In this document: positions 26,247 through 41,140 of the stretch, one piece after another
Layout: each line of letters opens with the position of its first letter
Numbering within the stretch: position 1 is the first letter of the stretch
NCBI GenBank assembly: GCA_964016885.1
Contig: OZ024743.1
Span: forward strand, 197,718,001-197,782,000
Direction of reading: 5' to 3'
Source of the DNA: Eledone cirrhosa
Lineage: Eukaryota
Length of the DNA stretch: 64,000 nt
Position numbers and translations under genes: made by a program
Notes under the pieces: generated by a model
Told to the model about the DNA's origin: nothing
The model's database searches: none
What the model saw: the letters and a program-made list of their open reading frames with translations, nothing else

Positions 26247-26779
26247 ATTAAACGTGCTAAAAATAGCCGTCAAGCTTCACTGACACTTATAATGCAAGCA
26301 TAGATAACCGTAAAATGAAGGGATGGTCAGAGTTAGAATGCCTTTGATTCTAGGTCTGCTCGAGCAGGGTTAACCTGGGGTTAACAGTTTGAATGCGGAG
26401 AGCAGTGGGCAAGATCGATTGCTGATGCACTTAATCCGATACCTTTGTGCCTATTCGCCGCAATGCAACTCTTGTTTTATGTAAAAACATTTATCTTAGA
26501 CTAGGTTTTGCCATGTCCTTTTTTAATATGGTAGGATGTGCTATGAAAGACATCTAGTCTAGTAACAACAATTCTGGCAACAAATTAGCAGAGTTGTTAA
26601 AACGATAGAATGATTGTTTTGCAGTATTCGTTCTGTCTCTTTGCGTTCTGAGTTCAAATCCCACCAAGAGCAATTTTACACATCATTCCTTCGATGTACC
26701 TGTACAATACTGTGGTTAATTCCTCCTCTAAATTTCTCTCTCTCTCTCTCTCTCTCTCTATAGATATATATATTTATAT

Positions 26780-27270
26780 ATATTTATTAAAATAACAGAT
26801 TAAAGTTTAAGCAAAGAATCGCTACTTTCACCCTTAACGGGATCTTCTGAAACTAGCAAAGTCAATCTGTAAACGCAGAACTGGATATTTCAAAAAATGT
26901 TGCAACCGGAGGTATTACTATTTGGCTCCCTCGGTTGAGCACTCTACTGACTTATATTCATCATGCAGAAACAACTTCTGAATATTTCTACAAAGAACAT
27001 ACCCGTACCAAGCAGGAAAACATACCTAGAACCAAAGTATCGTCTTCCTGTCTTCCTCCGGTTGCAACGTTTTTTGAAATATCCACTTCTGCGTTTACAG
27101 ATTGACTTTGCTAGTTTCAGAAGATCCCGTTAAGGGTGAAAGCAGCGATTCTTTGCTTAAACTTTAATCTGTTATTTTAATAAATATTTGCTCTACGGTT
27201 CTTATATATTTGATATATATTTATCCTTATCGAGCCCTCTTTGGATTTTAGTCTTCAAATTTATTATTAT
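26780..27270. mobile_element. (TA)n-flanked fold-back element, family K
   Basis: 26783-26912 inverted at 27056-27185; HHR-like CAGAAGA-tCCC-gttaa-GGGt-GAAA at 27118-27141; 3'-end relative at 13455-13560. Confidence 0.88.
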
Positions 27271-27342
<72 letters not shown>

Positions 27343-27426
27343 AAGGTAATATCAGTAGTGGTATAGCACTCAGTTCATGAGACGAGTCTGGTAGAAGTAG
27401 TGACACAGCAGTTAGTTCACCATACC

Positions 27427-27463
27427 GAGAACAATTGTTTCACCTTATGCGGATCTTCAGCTC
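27427..27463 (-). ncRNA. Minimal hammerhead ribozyme, family G (CAATTG loop)
   Basis: Minus strand GAG-CTGAAGA-tCC-gcataa-GGt-GAAA-CAATTG-TT-CTC; a decayed inverted partner follows at 27465-27500. Confidence 0.8.
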
Positions 27464-27581
27464 CGAGCTGAAGATCCGCATTATGATGAACAAACTGTTT
27501 TGTTACTACTACTACTACTATATATATATGTGCATTGAGTACCTTACTTACTGTGGTTACCGATTTAACCCGGAATAACTT

Positions 27582-27616
<35 letters not shown>

Positions 27617-27685
27617 CCCTTTCTCTCTCACTCACCTACACATTCACTCACTGAATCTCTCTCCCCCTTTCTCTCTCCCTATCTG

Positions 27686-27732
<47 letters not shown>

Positions 27733-28050
27733 GGGAGAAACCGGTTGCATTCAGATTTGGAGACAGATGAGCTCTACCAGATTTTAAATGCCTGTATACC
27801 GCCACGACGCCTTTAGGGCTGATGGATAATGGGCAGATGGATGGCACTACGATATGTATTAGATTTGTATTCAACTAAAATCATGTACATATCAACATAG
27901 ACGTGGCCACATCCTACAGTCGTCAGACATGGTTTTGACATGGCTTTGACATTCCATGTAAATTGACCTCTTCAGACGCATGATTTCTTAATAAGGATTT
28001 TCTCTAACAGCATTCGATTGAGGTTATCTAACGTCACTACCATCAGCATT

Positions 28051-28081
28051 TACTACTACTACTACTACTACTACTACTAGT

Positions 28082-28169
<88 letters not shown>
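28051..28169. repeat. (TAC)n microsatellite
   Basis: Directly visible. Confidence 0.97.
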
Positions 28170-28341
28170 GAAAACAGCTGATTTGAAAGTACGGTTGCAT
28201 AAACAAACACTAACTTACACAAATTAACATGCGCACACACTCACACATGGTCCCACACATATACAAGACACATAATAGATAGCGCTGGGACTGAGGCGAA
28301 TGGAAAGTTAGAGAAAATGAAAAAGACACAGTGAAGAACGC

Positions 28342-28398
<57 letters not shown>

Positions 28399-28401
28399 GT
28401 A

Positions 28402-28434
<33 letters not shown>

Positions 28435-29083
28435 GGAGAGAGAGAGAGAGAGAGATAGATAGAGCGAGAGAGAGAGTGAGAGAGAGAGAGAGCAAAGTAA
28501 AGAGCAGACGATACAAAAAGAGACAATAAAGGTCTTAAAGGGAAAGAATTAGTGAACGTGGTTCAGTTTAAGAGCATCGTGAAGCCACATAGCCTAGTGT
28601 TTAGGGTGCTGCACTCATGATATTAGTGTTTTGTGTTCAAATCCTTGACCGGGACGCCTGTTGTGTTCGCTTCATTTAAGCAGTGGGGCTCAAATAATTA
28701 AAACACACAAGAAACCTCATATAAGATGCCACTTCGTAGGAGACTAACTTTACACTAACACTAGGAGACTAACTTTACACTTTACACTAACTAACATTTC
28801 TAGTTTTAGAGCATTAGATAAGAGAGCAATATCCGATAAGTATAGCGGCCATATTTTGACTTCTGGTTGTTGCTATTTCCCTTTATCTATATCGCTAAAA
28901 GCACGGAAGAAAATTATAAACCTCACATAATTTTATTTCTTGTCTTCTGTACTCCACAATAAACCATGCAAATATGTTTCTATTTCTATTTCTCTCCTCC
29001 TTCTTTCTCCACCGTTCTTCCTGCCCTTCTCTCTATCTCTCTCTTTATGCATTATAAACTTCAGAGATCTATCTAAATACAAA

Positions 29084-29333
29084 TAATTGTTTCTACTTTT
29101 GGCACCAGGCCAGCAATTACCCAGTGTATTACTGGTACTTTATTTTATCGACCCCGTAAGGATGAAAGGCAAAGTTAACCTCGGCGGGAATGGTTTCTTA
29201 TATAAGCACAAGGCCAGCAATTTTTGGGGAGGGGATGTCGATTAAATTGACCTCAGTTCATGACTGGTACTTTATTTTATCGACCCCGTAAGGATGAAAT
29301 GCAAAGTTAACCTCGGCGGGATTTGAACTCAGA
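29084..29333 (-). mobile_element. Two tandem 5'-truncated SINE copies
   Basis: TACTGGTACTTTATTTTATCGACCCCGTAAGGATGAAA..CAAAGTTAACCTCGGCGGGA (second copy starts GACTGG) occurs twice. Confidence 0.85.
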
Positions 29334-29581
29334 TTTCCGAATCAACACCTTCACTAACAGCAGTTATATCTTTCACACACAAGTCAATAAAGCAGGATTA
29401 GGTTTAACCTAATGAGAGAGATTATGCGAAGTCAAACGAGGCAATATAGGATGTAATAGAGATAGGGTGGTTTTGCTCAGGACTGACTTGGAGAAAAATG
29501 ACAATAACATTTCTATGTAGTCTCTTTAATATTATATAATAGCACTAAGTAAACCTTCCCTAAACACAGAGAGAATGTTTA

Positions 29582-29935
29582 AGGGGCCGGATATAATGGG
29601 GGAGGGAGGGGGAAATTGTCCCGGCCCCCAGCAGTGTGTGGTTGGGGGCTGGTGTGGGGGGTGGGGGGGGATTATGGGGTGGGGGTGGGGGTGGAGTCAC
29701 TAATGATGGTCGTAGCAATTTATTTGCGCTCTCAGCTGGGCATTTTAGTTTTAGGATGGTTAGAATTTTTTAATTCAATACTTGTATGTATAACTTTTCA
29801 ATTTCAATTATCTGCTACAAGCTAACTTAGGTATGTAAAATTGGTGGGGTCTGCAGTGTATTCTATTTTTTGTGTATGAGGGGCCCTACAAACCTGAAGT
29901 TACCCGGACCCGCCAATGTCTATATCCAATCCCTG
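29582..29935. mobile_element. Possible decayed hAT-like MITE
   Basis: Imperfect TIRs AGGGGCCGGATATA / TATATCCAATCCCTG with GGCCCC/GGGGCCC subterminal motifs; no TSD identified. Confidence 0.5.
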
Positions 29936-30779
29936 GAAATCATGTACGGAAATCAAGAATATATGGTCATAATTCTAACTCTAATTCCATACCATAAATC
30001 AACATATATCTATCTGACTGATATCATTGACAGCAGCAACCGAAAGTATTTTATCTTCTTGACTATATCTAATTTGTGATATTAATCAATAGAGGGATTT
30101 GTAATAGTTAATTCGGAGAAAGTAGGGTGTTGGTGGTGGGGGGACCGAACAGTGAGGCACTCATATGATTCTCATTGTCAATGCAAAGGAAATGAAGCTG
30201 TTGAAGGCTGGAAAAAGAAACAGACGTGGCTATCTCCTCATCTGGAATTTATCGCTATGGTATGACACACGTTTATCTCTATCATCACTATCTATATCAG
30301 CTATAACCAAGATTACAGCTCTCACTACATTTCTAAACACGCATATACAGGAATTCAATTATGTTTTCTAAAATACTACCTTTAACTTAATGGCTGCTAT
30401 AATAAAAGTCTAGTACATATTTATATTTATATTAAAGATAATATTAAATGGGACAGGAGGAGAATTTCGTACCTCTTTACTTGCACAATATATTTGTATA
30501 ATTTTCATTAAGTTGCGTGAGAAACACATCTAGATTCACAGATAATAACATTTTCAAAGTGTCAGTCTGAAATCATTTTTTACCAGTAACCCGTAAAGAC
30601 GTCAAGAAACATGATTGAAGTTAATGATTCAACTTTATACATACATACATATGTACATATATACAACATATATACATCCATGCATGCATGTATACATACA
30701 TATGCATGCATACATACATGCATGCATACACACACATATATGTGTATATATATATGTGTGTATTTACTTACTATATATA

Positions 30780-30828
<49 letters not shown>

Positions 30829-30904
30829 AGAGAGAGAGAGAGATAGAGAGAGTGACAATGAGAGAGGCAGTAAGATACAAGCATAGACAGCCAGTCAGAT
30901 ATAC

Positions 30905-30954
<50 letters not shown>

Positions 30955-31524
30955 CCAATCGTGTTAAACTTGATAATAATCTTACTAGTCTGAAAACAAT
31001 AAATATACAATAAAAACATGCCCACTAGGTATCACAATGAAAATTTCCCATGTACCTTCTTCAAATATGCTTTAATAATCTTTGCTGTGACGCAGCGCGT
31101 TAACCTTTATTTAATCTTCAATTCCGTTTTTAATTTTTTAACAAAAATGCTGCAAGTAACTGAGATGAAAGACCAAAGTGTTTCTTTGTTCCTGTGATTT
31201 CTAATAATTTACTAAATTCATTTTTCTCTCAAAGAGAATTATTTGTCGATTTATATATTTACATATTTATGAGATTGTTTATTTAATACACTTCTTTACA
31301 CGAAGAAAATGATATTGTAGAGAGAAAAAAAAAGTCGAATAATTTGTCGAAACTATTTTAAATGTTTTTTTTTTTAAGTTCATGAAAACAAAACTATTCC
31401 AAAGAATATGAACACAATTTCGTCAATGTCTTTGTAACTGTTTTTATTTTTTTTATTTTTTGTTTTTGGTATCTGTTATTTCCGAGAAAATCGGTTATTA
31501 TAGATATGTTATAATAATATACAT

Positions 31525-32356
31525 CTTATAATAATATAATATAATATTATATTATATTATATTATATTATATTATATTATATTATATTATATTATATTAT
31601 ATTATATTATATTATATTATATTATATTATATTATATTATATTATATTATATTATATTATATTATATTATATTATATTATATTATATTATATTATATTAT
31701 ATTATATTATATTATATTATATTATATTATATTATATTATATTATATTATATTATGGGTTGTGGATTGGCAGTATCGATAGAGGGTCGGACGCCATGCTT
31801 TCCAGCATAGTTACGTCCCTTTACGATCTGGGTTCAAATCCCGCCGAGGTTGACTTTGCCTTTCATCCTTGCGGGGTCGATAAAATAAAGTACCAGTAAT
31901 GCACTGGGTAATTGCTGGCCTTGTGCCTAAAGTAGAAACAATTATATTATATTATAACATAATATATTATATTATATTATATTGAGTTCAAATCGCGCCA
32001 AGGTTAACTTTGCCTTTCATCCTCATGGGGTCGATGAAATAAAGTACCAGTAATGCACTGGGTAATTGCTGGCCTTGTGCCAAAAGTAGAAACAATTATA
32101 TTATATTATAACATATTATATTATAACACATTATATTATATTATACTATATTATGCTATATTGTATTGTATTATATTATATTATATTATATTATATTATA
32201 TTATATTATATTATGTTGTATTATATTATATTATATTATATTATATTATATTATGTTGTATTATATTATATTATATTATATTATATTATATTATATTATA
32301 TTATATTATATTATATTATATTATATTATATTATGTTGTATTATATTATATTATAT
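31525..32356. repeat. (ATATT)n pentanucleotide array interrupted by two SINEs (31756-31946, 31983-32100, plus strand)
   Basis: Directly visible; SINE tails AGAAACAATTAT run into the array. Confidence 0.93.
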
Positions 32357-32492
32357 AACAAAATATTTGAGAATGTTTTGAAAACAATGATTGAACATAT
32401 TATGTTATAGAATCATAGTAAGTCAGCAGCATCATTTAAAAGCAGTAAAACACACTCGTATCTCTCTTCCACCCATTACCGTTTTCACAATT

Positions 32493-32745
32493 TGTTGGCT
32501 TAGTGGTTAGGGTATTCAGCTCACAATCGTAAGGCCTCGAGTTCGATTTCCGGTGGTGCGTTGTATCCTTTGGCAAGACACTTTATTTCACGTTATTCCA
32601 GTCCATTCAGCTGGCAAAAATAAGTTGTAGCTGTGTTTCGAAGGGCCAGCCTTGTCACATTCTGCGCCGCGTTGAATCTCCTCGAGAACTACGTTAAGGG
32701 TACGCGTGTCTGTGGAATGCTCAGCCACTAGCACGTTAATATCAG
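32493..32745 (+). mobile_element. tRNA-derived CORE-type SINE
   Basis: A-box TGGCTTAGTGG, B-box GAGTTCGATTTCC, CORE-like GT.TCCTT.G.CAAGACACTTTA; relatives at 51205-51400, 46805-46980, 28585-28670. Confidence 0.8.
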
Positions 32746-33161
32746 TCAGTGATCGATTAGGGGAGAGTTCGTTTGTGTGGGTTTAACTATGAAGAAAGCT
32801 GATTTCGTAATATGACAGATTATATGAGAAATTTTCGGGTCTTGGAGTCGATATTATTAGCTAAATCTCTTTTATGGTCGTACCCCAGCAGGGCCTTAAA
32901 AGAGATTTAGCTAATAATATCGATCCCAGCATAACTACAGCCTAATGTCTAAAACCAGTAATACACACACACACACATATATATATTATTTTGATTGAAA
33001 CAGTTCTAGTCTAGTAGAAACCATTTCTATATTAAACATGATGTTTACGCTCTACTAATGTATTGAGTACCTTACTTACTATGGTTACCCACGATTGAAT
33101 CCAAGACTCACACATACACACACGCTTACACACACGTATATACATATATATACATACATAC

Positions 33162-33250
<89 letters not shown>

Positions 33251-33300
33251 GAGGTATGTATATACATATATGAATATATATAAATTTATATATATATGTA

Positions 33301-33399
<99 letters not shown>

Positions 33400-34034
33400 T
33401 GTAATGCATTCTATCCGTACCAGATCAGCACCTAGTAACTAAGCTCACGCTAAAAGTGACGAGAGGCAGAAAGACAAAATATATTGAGCAACTTTATGTG
33501 ATGACGGCATCACGTTCAGAATATAGGGTTATTTAAGTTACTGTCAACGTAGCAGAGATGAGATGTTACGTGGCAGTGATGTATTGGGGGAGAGTTAGTT
33601 TGTGTGGGTTTAACTATAAAGAAACCTGATTTCTTAATTGTTATCTAATATATGATTGGTCTACTATTCTAGATAGACGGTGGTATGGACCGCAGTCGGT
33701 TTCGACGATGAGTGTTCCAGTTGTTCAATCAACGGAAAAGACTGGTCAAGAAATTAGTCTTTGTGGCTGAGCATTCCACAGACTCGTGTATCCTTAACAT
33801 AATTCGCAGGGAGATTCGGCATAACAGAGTGTGTGAAAAGGTTGGGCCTTTTAAATTCTGCTAAAGTCTTACAAACACTTTCCGTCTACATAGTGTCACT
33901 CAATATGCTTGCTCTTCAAATTAACGTGAAAGTACCCGAGCATTCCCCAGATACGTGTACTCTTAATGTAATTCTCCGGTAGATTCAGTGTGACACAGTG
34001 TGTATGAGACAAAGCTGGCCCTTTTCTGTCCTTC

Positions 34035-34186
34035 TAAACAGGTTCCGTCTACCCAGATTCACCCACAAAGCTTGGGCCAGCCTGATGCTATAGTAAATGA
34101 CACAAAGATGCCATGAAGTGGGCTTGAACCTGGAATCTAATGGTTTTGAAACAAACTTCTTAACCTTTCGGTCATGCCTGCCTCCT
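34035..34186 (-). mobile_element. Decayed tRNA-derived SINE
   Basis: Minus strand GGCAGGCATGACCGAAAGGTTAAGAAG...GGTTCAAGCCC...GGTAGACGGAA. Confidence 0.6.
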
Positions 34187-34508
34187 CAGATCAACTGTAG
34201 TAAATTGTATTTGGGCCTTGTAAATCTTTTATAAAATTAAATTAAATTTATGTAATTTTATAAATATTTTATAAAATTACAGAGGAATCTTAGTATCTCG
34301 AGTGCAGTTTCAATGACAATGAGTACGTGTTGTTATCAGACTGGATAAGACACTAGATATTTTATTTAATACATGAAGATAATACGATGATATATATAAT
34401 TATATATATGAATGATTATATATGAATGATTATAATCATTCATATATAAGTTGTATAGGACATGATCATAAGTCTTATGATCATATTTTATGAGTACTAT
34501 TTTAACCG

Positions 34509-34892
34509 TCGGTAGAGGGTCGGACGCCATGCTTTGACGCATAGAGTTACGGTGCTTGCCATTCTGAGTTCAAATCCCGCCGAGGTTAACTTTGCCTTTC
34601 ATCCTCACGGGGTCGATGAAATAAAGTACCAGTAATGCACTGGATAATTGCTGGCCTTGTGCCAACGGTAGAAACAATTATAGTAATGGTTGCTGATTTA
34701 GGCACAAGGCCAATAATGGGAGAGGAAAGTCAATTAAATCGACCCCAGTGCATTACTGGTGCTTTATTTTAATGCCCCCGTAAATATTAAAGGCAAAGCT
34801 AACCTTGGTGGAATTTGAACGAAAGGACCGTAACTCTATGCTGCAAAGCATGGTGTCCGACTCTCTACCGATACTGCCAATCCACCACCCTT
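34509..34892. mobile_element. Tail-to-tail inverted SINE pair
   Basis: Plus copy 34509-34682, minus copy 34688-34892 of the same family. Confidence 0.85.
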
Positions 34893-35566
34893 AACCGTAT
34901 TATAATAATCGCATCTTTTCTATATGAACTGAAACCGACAGAAATAAATATAATTTTAAAGTAATACGAGACAACGGGAGAACTTCTAGATGGTTGCTCA
35001 ACCTCTTATAAATAGCTGCCAAATATATTTTTTATCTCAACCTATTACGTTTGAAAACAGTGTTAGGACACATTGGATGCCGTGGAGGTAGATAAATCAT
35101 GTTAATGGGATGATTGTGACCAGAATAACTTAGATCATAGGTTTGCTCGGTGTGGGCTGACCTCACATTAAACATTACAACTCAAAGCTGAGCTTCGACA
35201 AACAGATGTAATTAATACTGTAAAAAACATGCTTCAAGTCAAGAAACTATATGAATGTTTGTGTGAAGCAACGTTAAGGAAACCACTTGTTAGTTACAAC
35301 TGAATAACGTGTGTGTCTTTCAGTAGTACTTAGGACACATTACGAGGAGTGCTAGAACATCAGTCAATTAAATTTTATCATGAATGGTTCACTGAAAAAG
35401 AAAGTATAATTCCAGTTTCATTAATAAGAAATATGAGATTTGAAACAGCAATTGAACAAATTTAAACTGATTCTGAATTGCTTGTTTTATCATTCTCATT
35501 TTGGTCTGAAAAATGATGTAAATAAGTGACAGAAGGAAGAGAAAGAACTAGAGAGAGAGAGAGAGA

Positions 35567-35614
<48 letters not shown>

Positions 35615-35741
35615 CAGATATCTAGATAGATAGATAGATAGAGGGATGATAGAAGGAAGACACGAGAAAAACGTAAAGTAAACGATTTTATCTACATTTT
35701 GACATGCTAAACAGAAAAATGGAGTTTTATATTTAGTGTTG

Positions 35742-36528
<787 letters not shown>

Positions 36529-37015
36529 ATTGAAAATTGATGGAGCTTTCTTCTAAAGTTAGCAATGACACCAAAAATATTTATATTGGATATAAGAACA
36601 GTTTCCTTTTTGCGATAATGATGAAATTCCTTGATTTCTCGCGAATGTGAAAGGTCAACGTTGAATGTGCATATTAGCGCCTCTTAGACGCACCAAATAC
36701 TAGTTTCTCTGTCATTGATTACGTCAACAGACATGTCCTTTAAATCTATGGAGACGGCCAGACATTCAGTGTCATACGAGGCCAACCTCTTAACAAAGAT
36801 CATATAGCCTAAAACAGTTGAATGGTATGTATTGTATAAATTATTTTATGCTGTTAGATTTTGTTTCAACGTACATAGGTTAACACATTTGATTATCTAT
36901 CAACCAGACCATATGTTGGGTTACTTAAACATAAACTCTATAGGGGCAACATGCGTAAATAAGTGTTTATAAAAGCTCACATCTATCTATCTATCTTTCT
37001 ATGTATATATATATA

Positions 37016-37054
<39 letters not shown>

Positions 37055-37057
<3 letters not shown>

Positions 37058-37245
37058 ACGAAGGAGTTGTGGTAAGGAACCAGATGGAACATTGCGCACC
37101 AGATTACTCAATATTTAGGGTAGTAGAGTGGGTAATAGGAAAATGTATGACCCTGACGGCAGAACTCAAGCCGTTTCGACGGCTATTTCTGGACGCCGTC
37201 GAAACGGTTTGTGCTCTGACGTCAGGGTCATACCATTTCCTATAC
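37055..37245. mobile_element. (TA)n-flanked fold-back element, family I
   Basis: Arms meet at CGGCTATTTCTGGAC|GCCGTCGAAACGG. Confidence 0.88.
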
Positions 37246-37391
37246 TATATATATAAGTAGAAGGGGTATTTAATTTGTTGGAAATTTAACAAATATAAAT
37301 GTTTATAACTGGTTCAGAGCACTCGACAAATTTCTGGAGTAAATATTCAATGATATTAAATAAATGGAAACTATATTTATAAAACCATATT

Positions 37392-37453
37392 TATTCTATT
37401 ATATATATTTCAAGGGTACCAAAAACTTTGGTATGCTTTCATCAGATAAAATA
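37392..37453 (-). ncRNA. Minimal hammerhead ribozyme, family B
   Basis: Minus strand TATTTTAT-CTGATGA-AAG..TACCA-aagtttt-TGGTA..CTT-GAAA-TATATA-TA-ATAGAATA. Confidence 0.85.
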
Positions 37454-37775
37454 CAAAGTTTTATAAATTTTGACATAGCCAAGGAAACATACCTTATCAG
37501 TTGAATTTTCCTTGGATAGTGAATTTAAAGAACGGAATTTTCAAGTATACTTTTACATATAAATTTTACAGGCTTCAGTTATTTGACTGCGGCCATACTA
37601 TGCAGCTGCAATAAAACCTGTCATATCGCCTTCGACACTTATTTCTTTCAAGTTTAAAATGTATTTTTTGGGTCTCTTTTTATCGAATCACTAAGTTATG
37701 TGACGTAAACACAGACATACACAGACACACACACGCACGCACACAGAAACACACACACACACATATATATATATA

Positions 37776-37853
37776 CAGGGTGCTCCCTCCAAATATATAT
37801 ACATATTTATTAGACTGCTGTTGAAGTGTGTATACATTTTTGGGGACACTCTG
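37776..37853. mobile_element. Tc1/mariner-type MITE
   Basis: TA-CAGGGTG...CACTCTG-TA with imperfect internal symmetry. Confidence 0.7.
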
Positions 37854-38143
37854 TATATATATATATAATTTAAAAATAATTTCGCTCTACATGGCTGAAT
37901 ACAATAAATGTAATCTGAGTTTTTCGAATATCAATGATAATATTCGATTCGTTTGCAATTATGCCTCATTTTTAAAGCCTTGTCAATAGAATGAGCCCCT
38001 CATTCTTTCCCTTGTGTTGGCATGTAAACAGATCTGCAGACACTAATGTTTCTGGGTATCACCCTCCATCAGTATAGCTCACTGTTCACATGCCAACTGT
38101 CATAGCTAGTGAAAATATATGCTATTTTCTAAAATATACAGTG

Positions 38144-38252
38144 ACTGATCGGCTTGATTTGCATATTAGCAGACTGGCTGGTCAGTCAGATCTGCATACT
38201 AGCAGATCCACTGATCAGCCAGATTTGCATATCAGCAGACTGGCCAGTCAGT
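38144..38252. repeat. 33-bp tandem repeat (about 3 units) inside a TA-flanked element (37870-38368)
   Basis: GATTTGCATATTAGCAGA / GATCTGCATACTAGCAGA / GATTTGCATATCAGCAGA at 33-bp spacing. Confidence 0.85.
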
Positions 38253-38366
38253 TCCCTGTATACGAGCGATCAATAGCCGGCTTTGCCACGTTCAAATAAA
38301 AAAAAATATTCGAAAAACTCAGATTACATATATATATATATGTAATCTGAGTTTTTCGAATATTTT

Positions 38367-38476
<110 letters not shown>

Positions 38477-38477
38477 T

Positions 38478-38578
<101 letters not shown>

Positions 38579-38658
38579 TGTATGTATGTATGTATGTATG
38601 TATGTATGTATGTATGTATGTATGTATGTATGTATGTATGTGTGTATGTATGTATTAT

Positions 38659-39184
38659 GTCAGGTCACCAGTTCTTGGTGAGGAGGGTGACTTTGGACAT
38701 CCTGCAGGACTAAAAACAAAACCTGTCAAAGGGCAAAGGAGCTCTTAAGAGTCAATGGCCATCCAAAATCACCGGGAGAGATGACCCCTTAGCCTTTGTC
38801 AAGCCAGAATTCTAGGAGAAGGAAAACTCTGATATAACACCTGCAACCCTGATGGTATCCAATGATGTTGACTTGTTCTTCTTTTTGGTAAACATCATCT
38901 TGGTTAAGAGAGTGGGACTGGCTTTGTGCAGTGCCTTTGCTCACTATAAAAGCTTCACGGCACAGGAATTGCTTTATATCTGGAGATCTCTCTGCACTTG
39001 TCATCACATGGTACCATGGTCCCAGCACTATGTGTCAATAATTGTCACAAGTGTTGTGTTTGTACCAGAGTTTTCAAGTCGCTGGCTGGACTAAAAAGTC
39101 ACACTCGTTCAGCGCATCGGTAGGGGTTCTCCTACATGGATATAAAGTAGTGGCCGTACTCGAAAACGATTTGGCAGCCACCAT
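38659..39184 (+). mobile_element. ~600 bp retroposon, copy 3 (internal deletion near the 5' end)
   Basis: Collinear with 1088-1694 but lacks ~1103-1182. Confidence 0.9.
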
Positions 39185-39194
39185 GTATGTATGT

Positions 39195-39544
39195 AAATAT
39201 GTAAAAGGTAAACAGAAATAACAATACAATCGGTACAGTATATGGAAGGAATATATTAGGTTAACGCTTGATATAGCAGGAAGAGGGTCTTAACGTTTCG
39301 GACGTTATCAGTACTTCATCAGATGAAAGAATGAGAAATAAAAGAAATTAAGGAGACGGGCGGGTTGGTATTGGAAAAATGTCTTTAGATAAAAATAACA
39401 GGTTCATTCATGTTGACATCTCTTGCAAAACTATTGGTGCTGGCGTTTTGTGTATGATTTACGTTTTAGAAAAGTGGATGATGGCAGGCGTCTACCTGAA
39501 ATGGAAAAAAAAACGTTTTGTAAAAAGAGCTACACTTGAGCACG

Positions 39545-39545
<1 letters not shown>
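39195..39545 (-). mobile_element. HHR-bearing element, family A
   Basis: Reverse complement of 51650-51990; degenerate HHR at 39288-39325. Confidence 0.88.
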
Positions 39546-39589
<44 letters not shown>

Positions 39590-39769
39590 TAGATAGATAT
39601 AGATAGGTAAATATACACGGGTGTGTATGATTGTGTATAGAAGATTATATTAATAAGAGGAATTCCAACTTTGTCTGATTTACTCGTTTTATTTACAATC
39701 CTTTAAAATATATATAAAATGGTATTATAATGAAATAGTATGATAGAATATTAAATTCTAAGTGTTAAT

Positions 39770-39808
39770 TGAACAAGTACTTTCATGCTTTCGCAATCTT
39801 CAGGTTCA
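39770..39808 (-). ncRNA. Minimal hammerhead ribozyme, family E
   Basis: Reverse complement of 39867-39905. Confidence 0.88.
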
Positions 39809-39866
39809 TGATATGTGGTGACAGTCGAGTTTGCAATTTTCAAAACTCGACTGTCACCACATATCA

Positions 39867-39905
39867 TGAACCTGAAGATTGCGAAAGCATGAAAGTACTT
39901 GTTCA
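39867..39905 (+). ncRNA. Minimal hammerhead ribozyme, family E (GTAC loop)
   Basis: TGAAC-CTGAAGA-tTGC-GAAA-GCAt-GAAA-GTAC-TT-GTTCA. Confidence 0.9.
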
Positions 39906-40106
39906 ATTAACACTTAGAATTTAATATTCTATCATACTATTTCATTATAATACCATTTTATATATATTTTAAAGGATTGTAAATAAAACGAGTAAATCAG
40001 ACAAAGTTGGAATTCCTCTTATTAATATATATATATTAATATATATCTTATTAATATATATATATTTATATATATATATATTTATATATATATTTATATA
40101 TATATA

Positions 40107-40167
<61 letters not shown>

Positions 40168-40171
<4 letters not shown>

Positions 40172-40500
40172 ACTAGAAATTGATTAACATATAAATAAAC
40201 ATGAATAATCACAGGAGATAATTTTTGCAAGTGTGTAAGCACACATAGCTAGGTAATCATATTATAAGGTTCTATTTTTGAAGTTCTGGTTAACTTTATA
40301 CAGTTACCTACCTAGCTATGTGTGCTTACACACTTGTAATTATCTCCTGTGATTATTCATGTTTATTTATATGTTAATCAATTTCTAGTTATTATAAAAT
40401 GGTCGGCCCTATTCGTTAGAATATTAGAGTTTATTTTGCGGGTGATATGGCGCATGTCCTTCTGGCATGACACCCATAATTTTGATTATCTTAATTTTGG
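40168..40500. mobile_element. (TA)n-flanked fold-back element (no HHR seen)
   Basis: TAACTAGAAATTGATTAACATATAAATAAACATGAATAATCACAGGAGATAATT inverted at 40338-40391; second copy at 61665-62110. Confidence 0.88.
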
Positions 40501-40804
40501 ATATATATATATATATATATATATTTTTTTTGTATGTATATGTATATATATATATATATATATAGGAGAAAGTATGACCCCGACAGCAGAGCTCAAGCCG
40601 TTTTCGACGGCTATTTCAAGTTTTTCCTGGATAGGAAAAACTTGAACCGTTAAGATCTTCTTCCTGGTTATGGCAATATTTATAAAACAAACTTTGTATT
40701 TCATCTGATGAGAACGTACCAAAGTTTTGGTATCCTTGAAATATAAACACTAGAATAAATATGTTTTTATAAATATAGTTTCCATTTATTTAATATCATT
40801 GATA

Positions 40805-41040
40805 TATATATATAATTGTAAATAGAATAGCTTTCACCGTATATTTGACTAAAGAAATTTTTGCTGAGTATTGAGTATTGGCGTACATGTATGTCAATAC
40901 TCATCTTTTTCCATTTATCTGAGGGTTCTAAACCCCATTATCAGGCTAAAATTTCTTTAGTAAAAAATACGGTGAAAGCTATTCTATTTTCTAATTTCAA
41001 ACGTGCCCACTGTTTCAAAACATACTTACTTGTCATATAT
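40805..41040. mobile_element. (TA)n-flanked fold-back element
   Basis: AAATAGAATAGCTTTCACCGTAT..ACTAAAGAAATTT inverted at 40948-40990. Confidence 0.8.
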
Positions 41041-41056
41041 AATTGTATATATATAT

Positions 41057-41140
<84 letters not shown>

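Larger units (their letters stand above)
39644..40028. mobile_element. (TA)n-flanked fold-back element, family E
   Basis: ~185 bp essentially perfect arms 39648-39833 / 39842-40027. Confidence 0.93.

Noticed and set aside
38090-38299. ORF with 11-aa repeats, or a CRISPR-like array
   Set aside because: Simple 33-bp tandem repeat with no unique spacers, no cas genes and a eukaryotic context
39644-40028. Fold-backs as long-read or assembly artefacts
   Set aside because: They recur as families with independent junctions, unequal arm ends and substitutions between arms in most copies; an artefact cannot be fully excluded for the perfect ones
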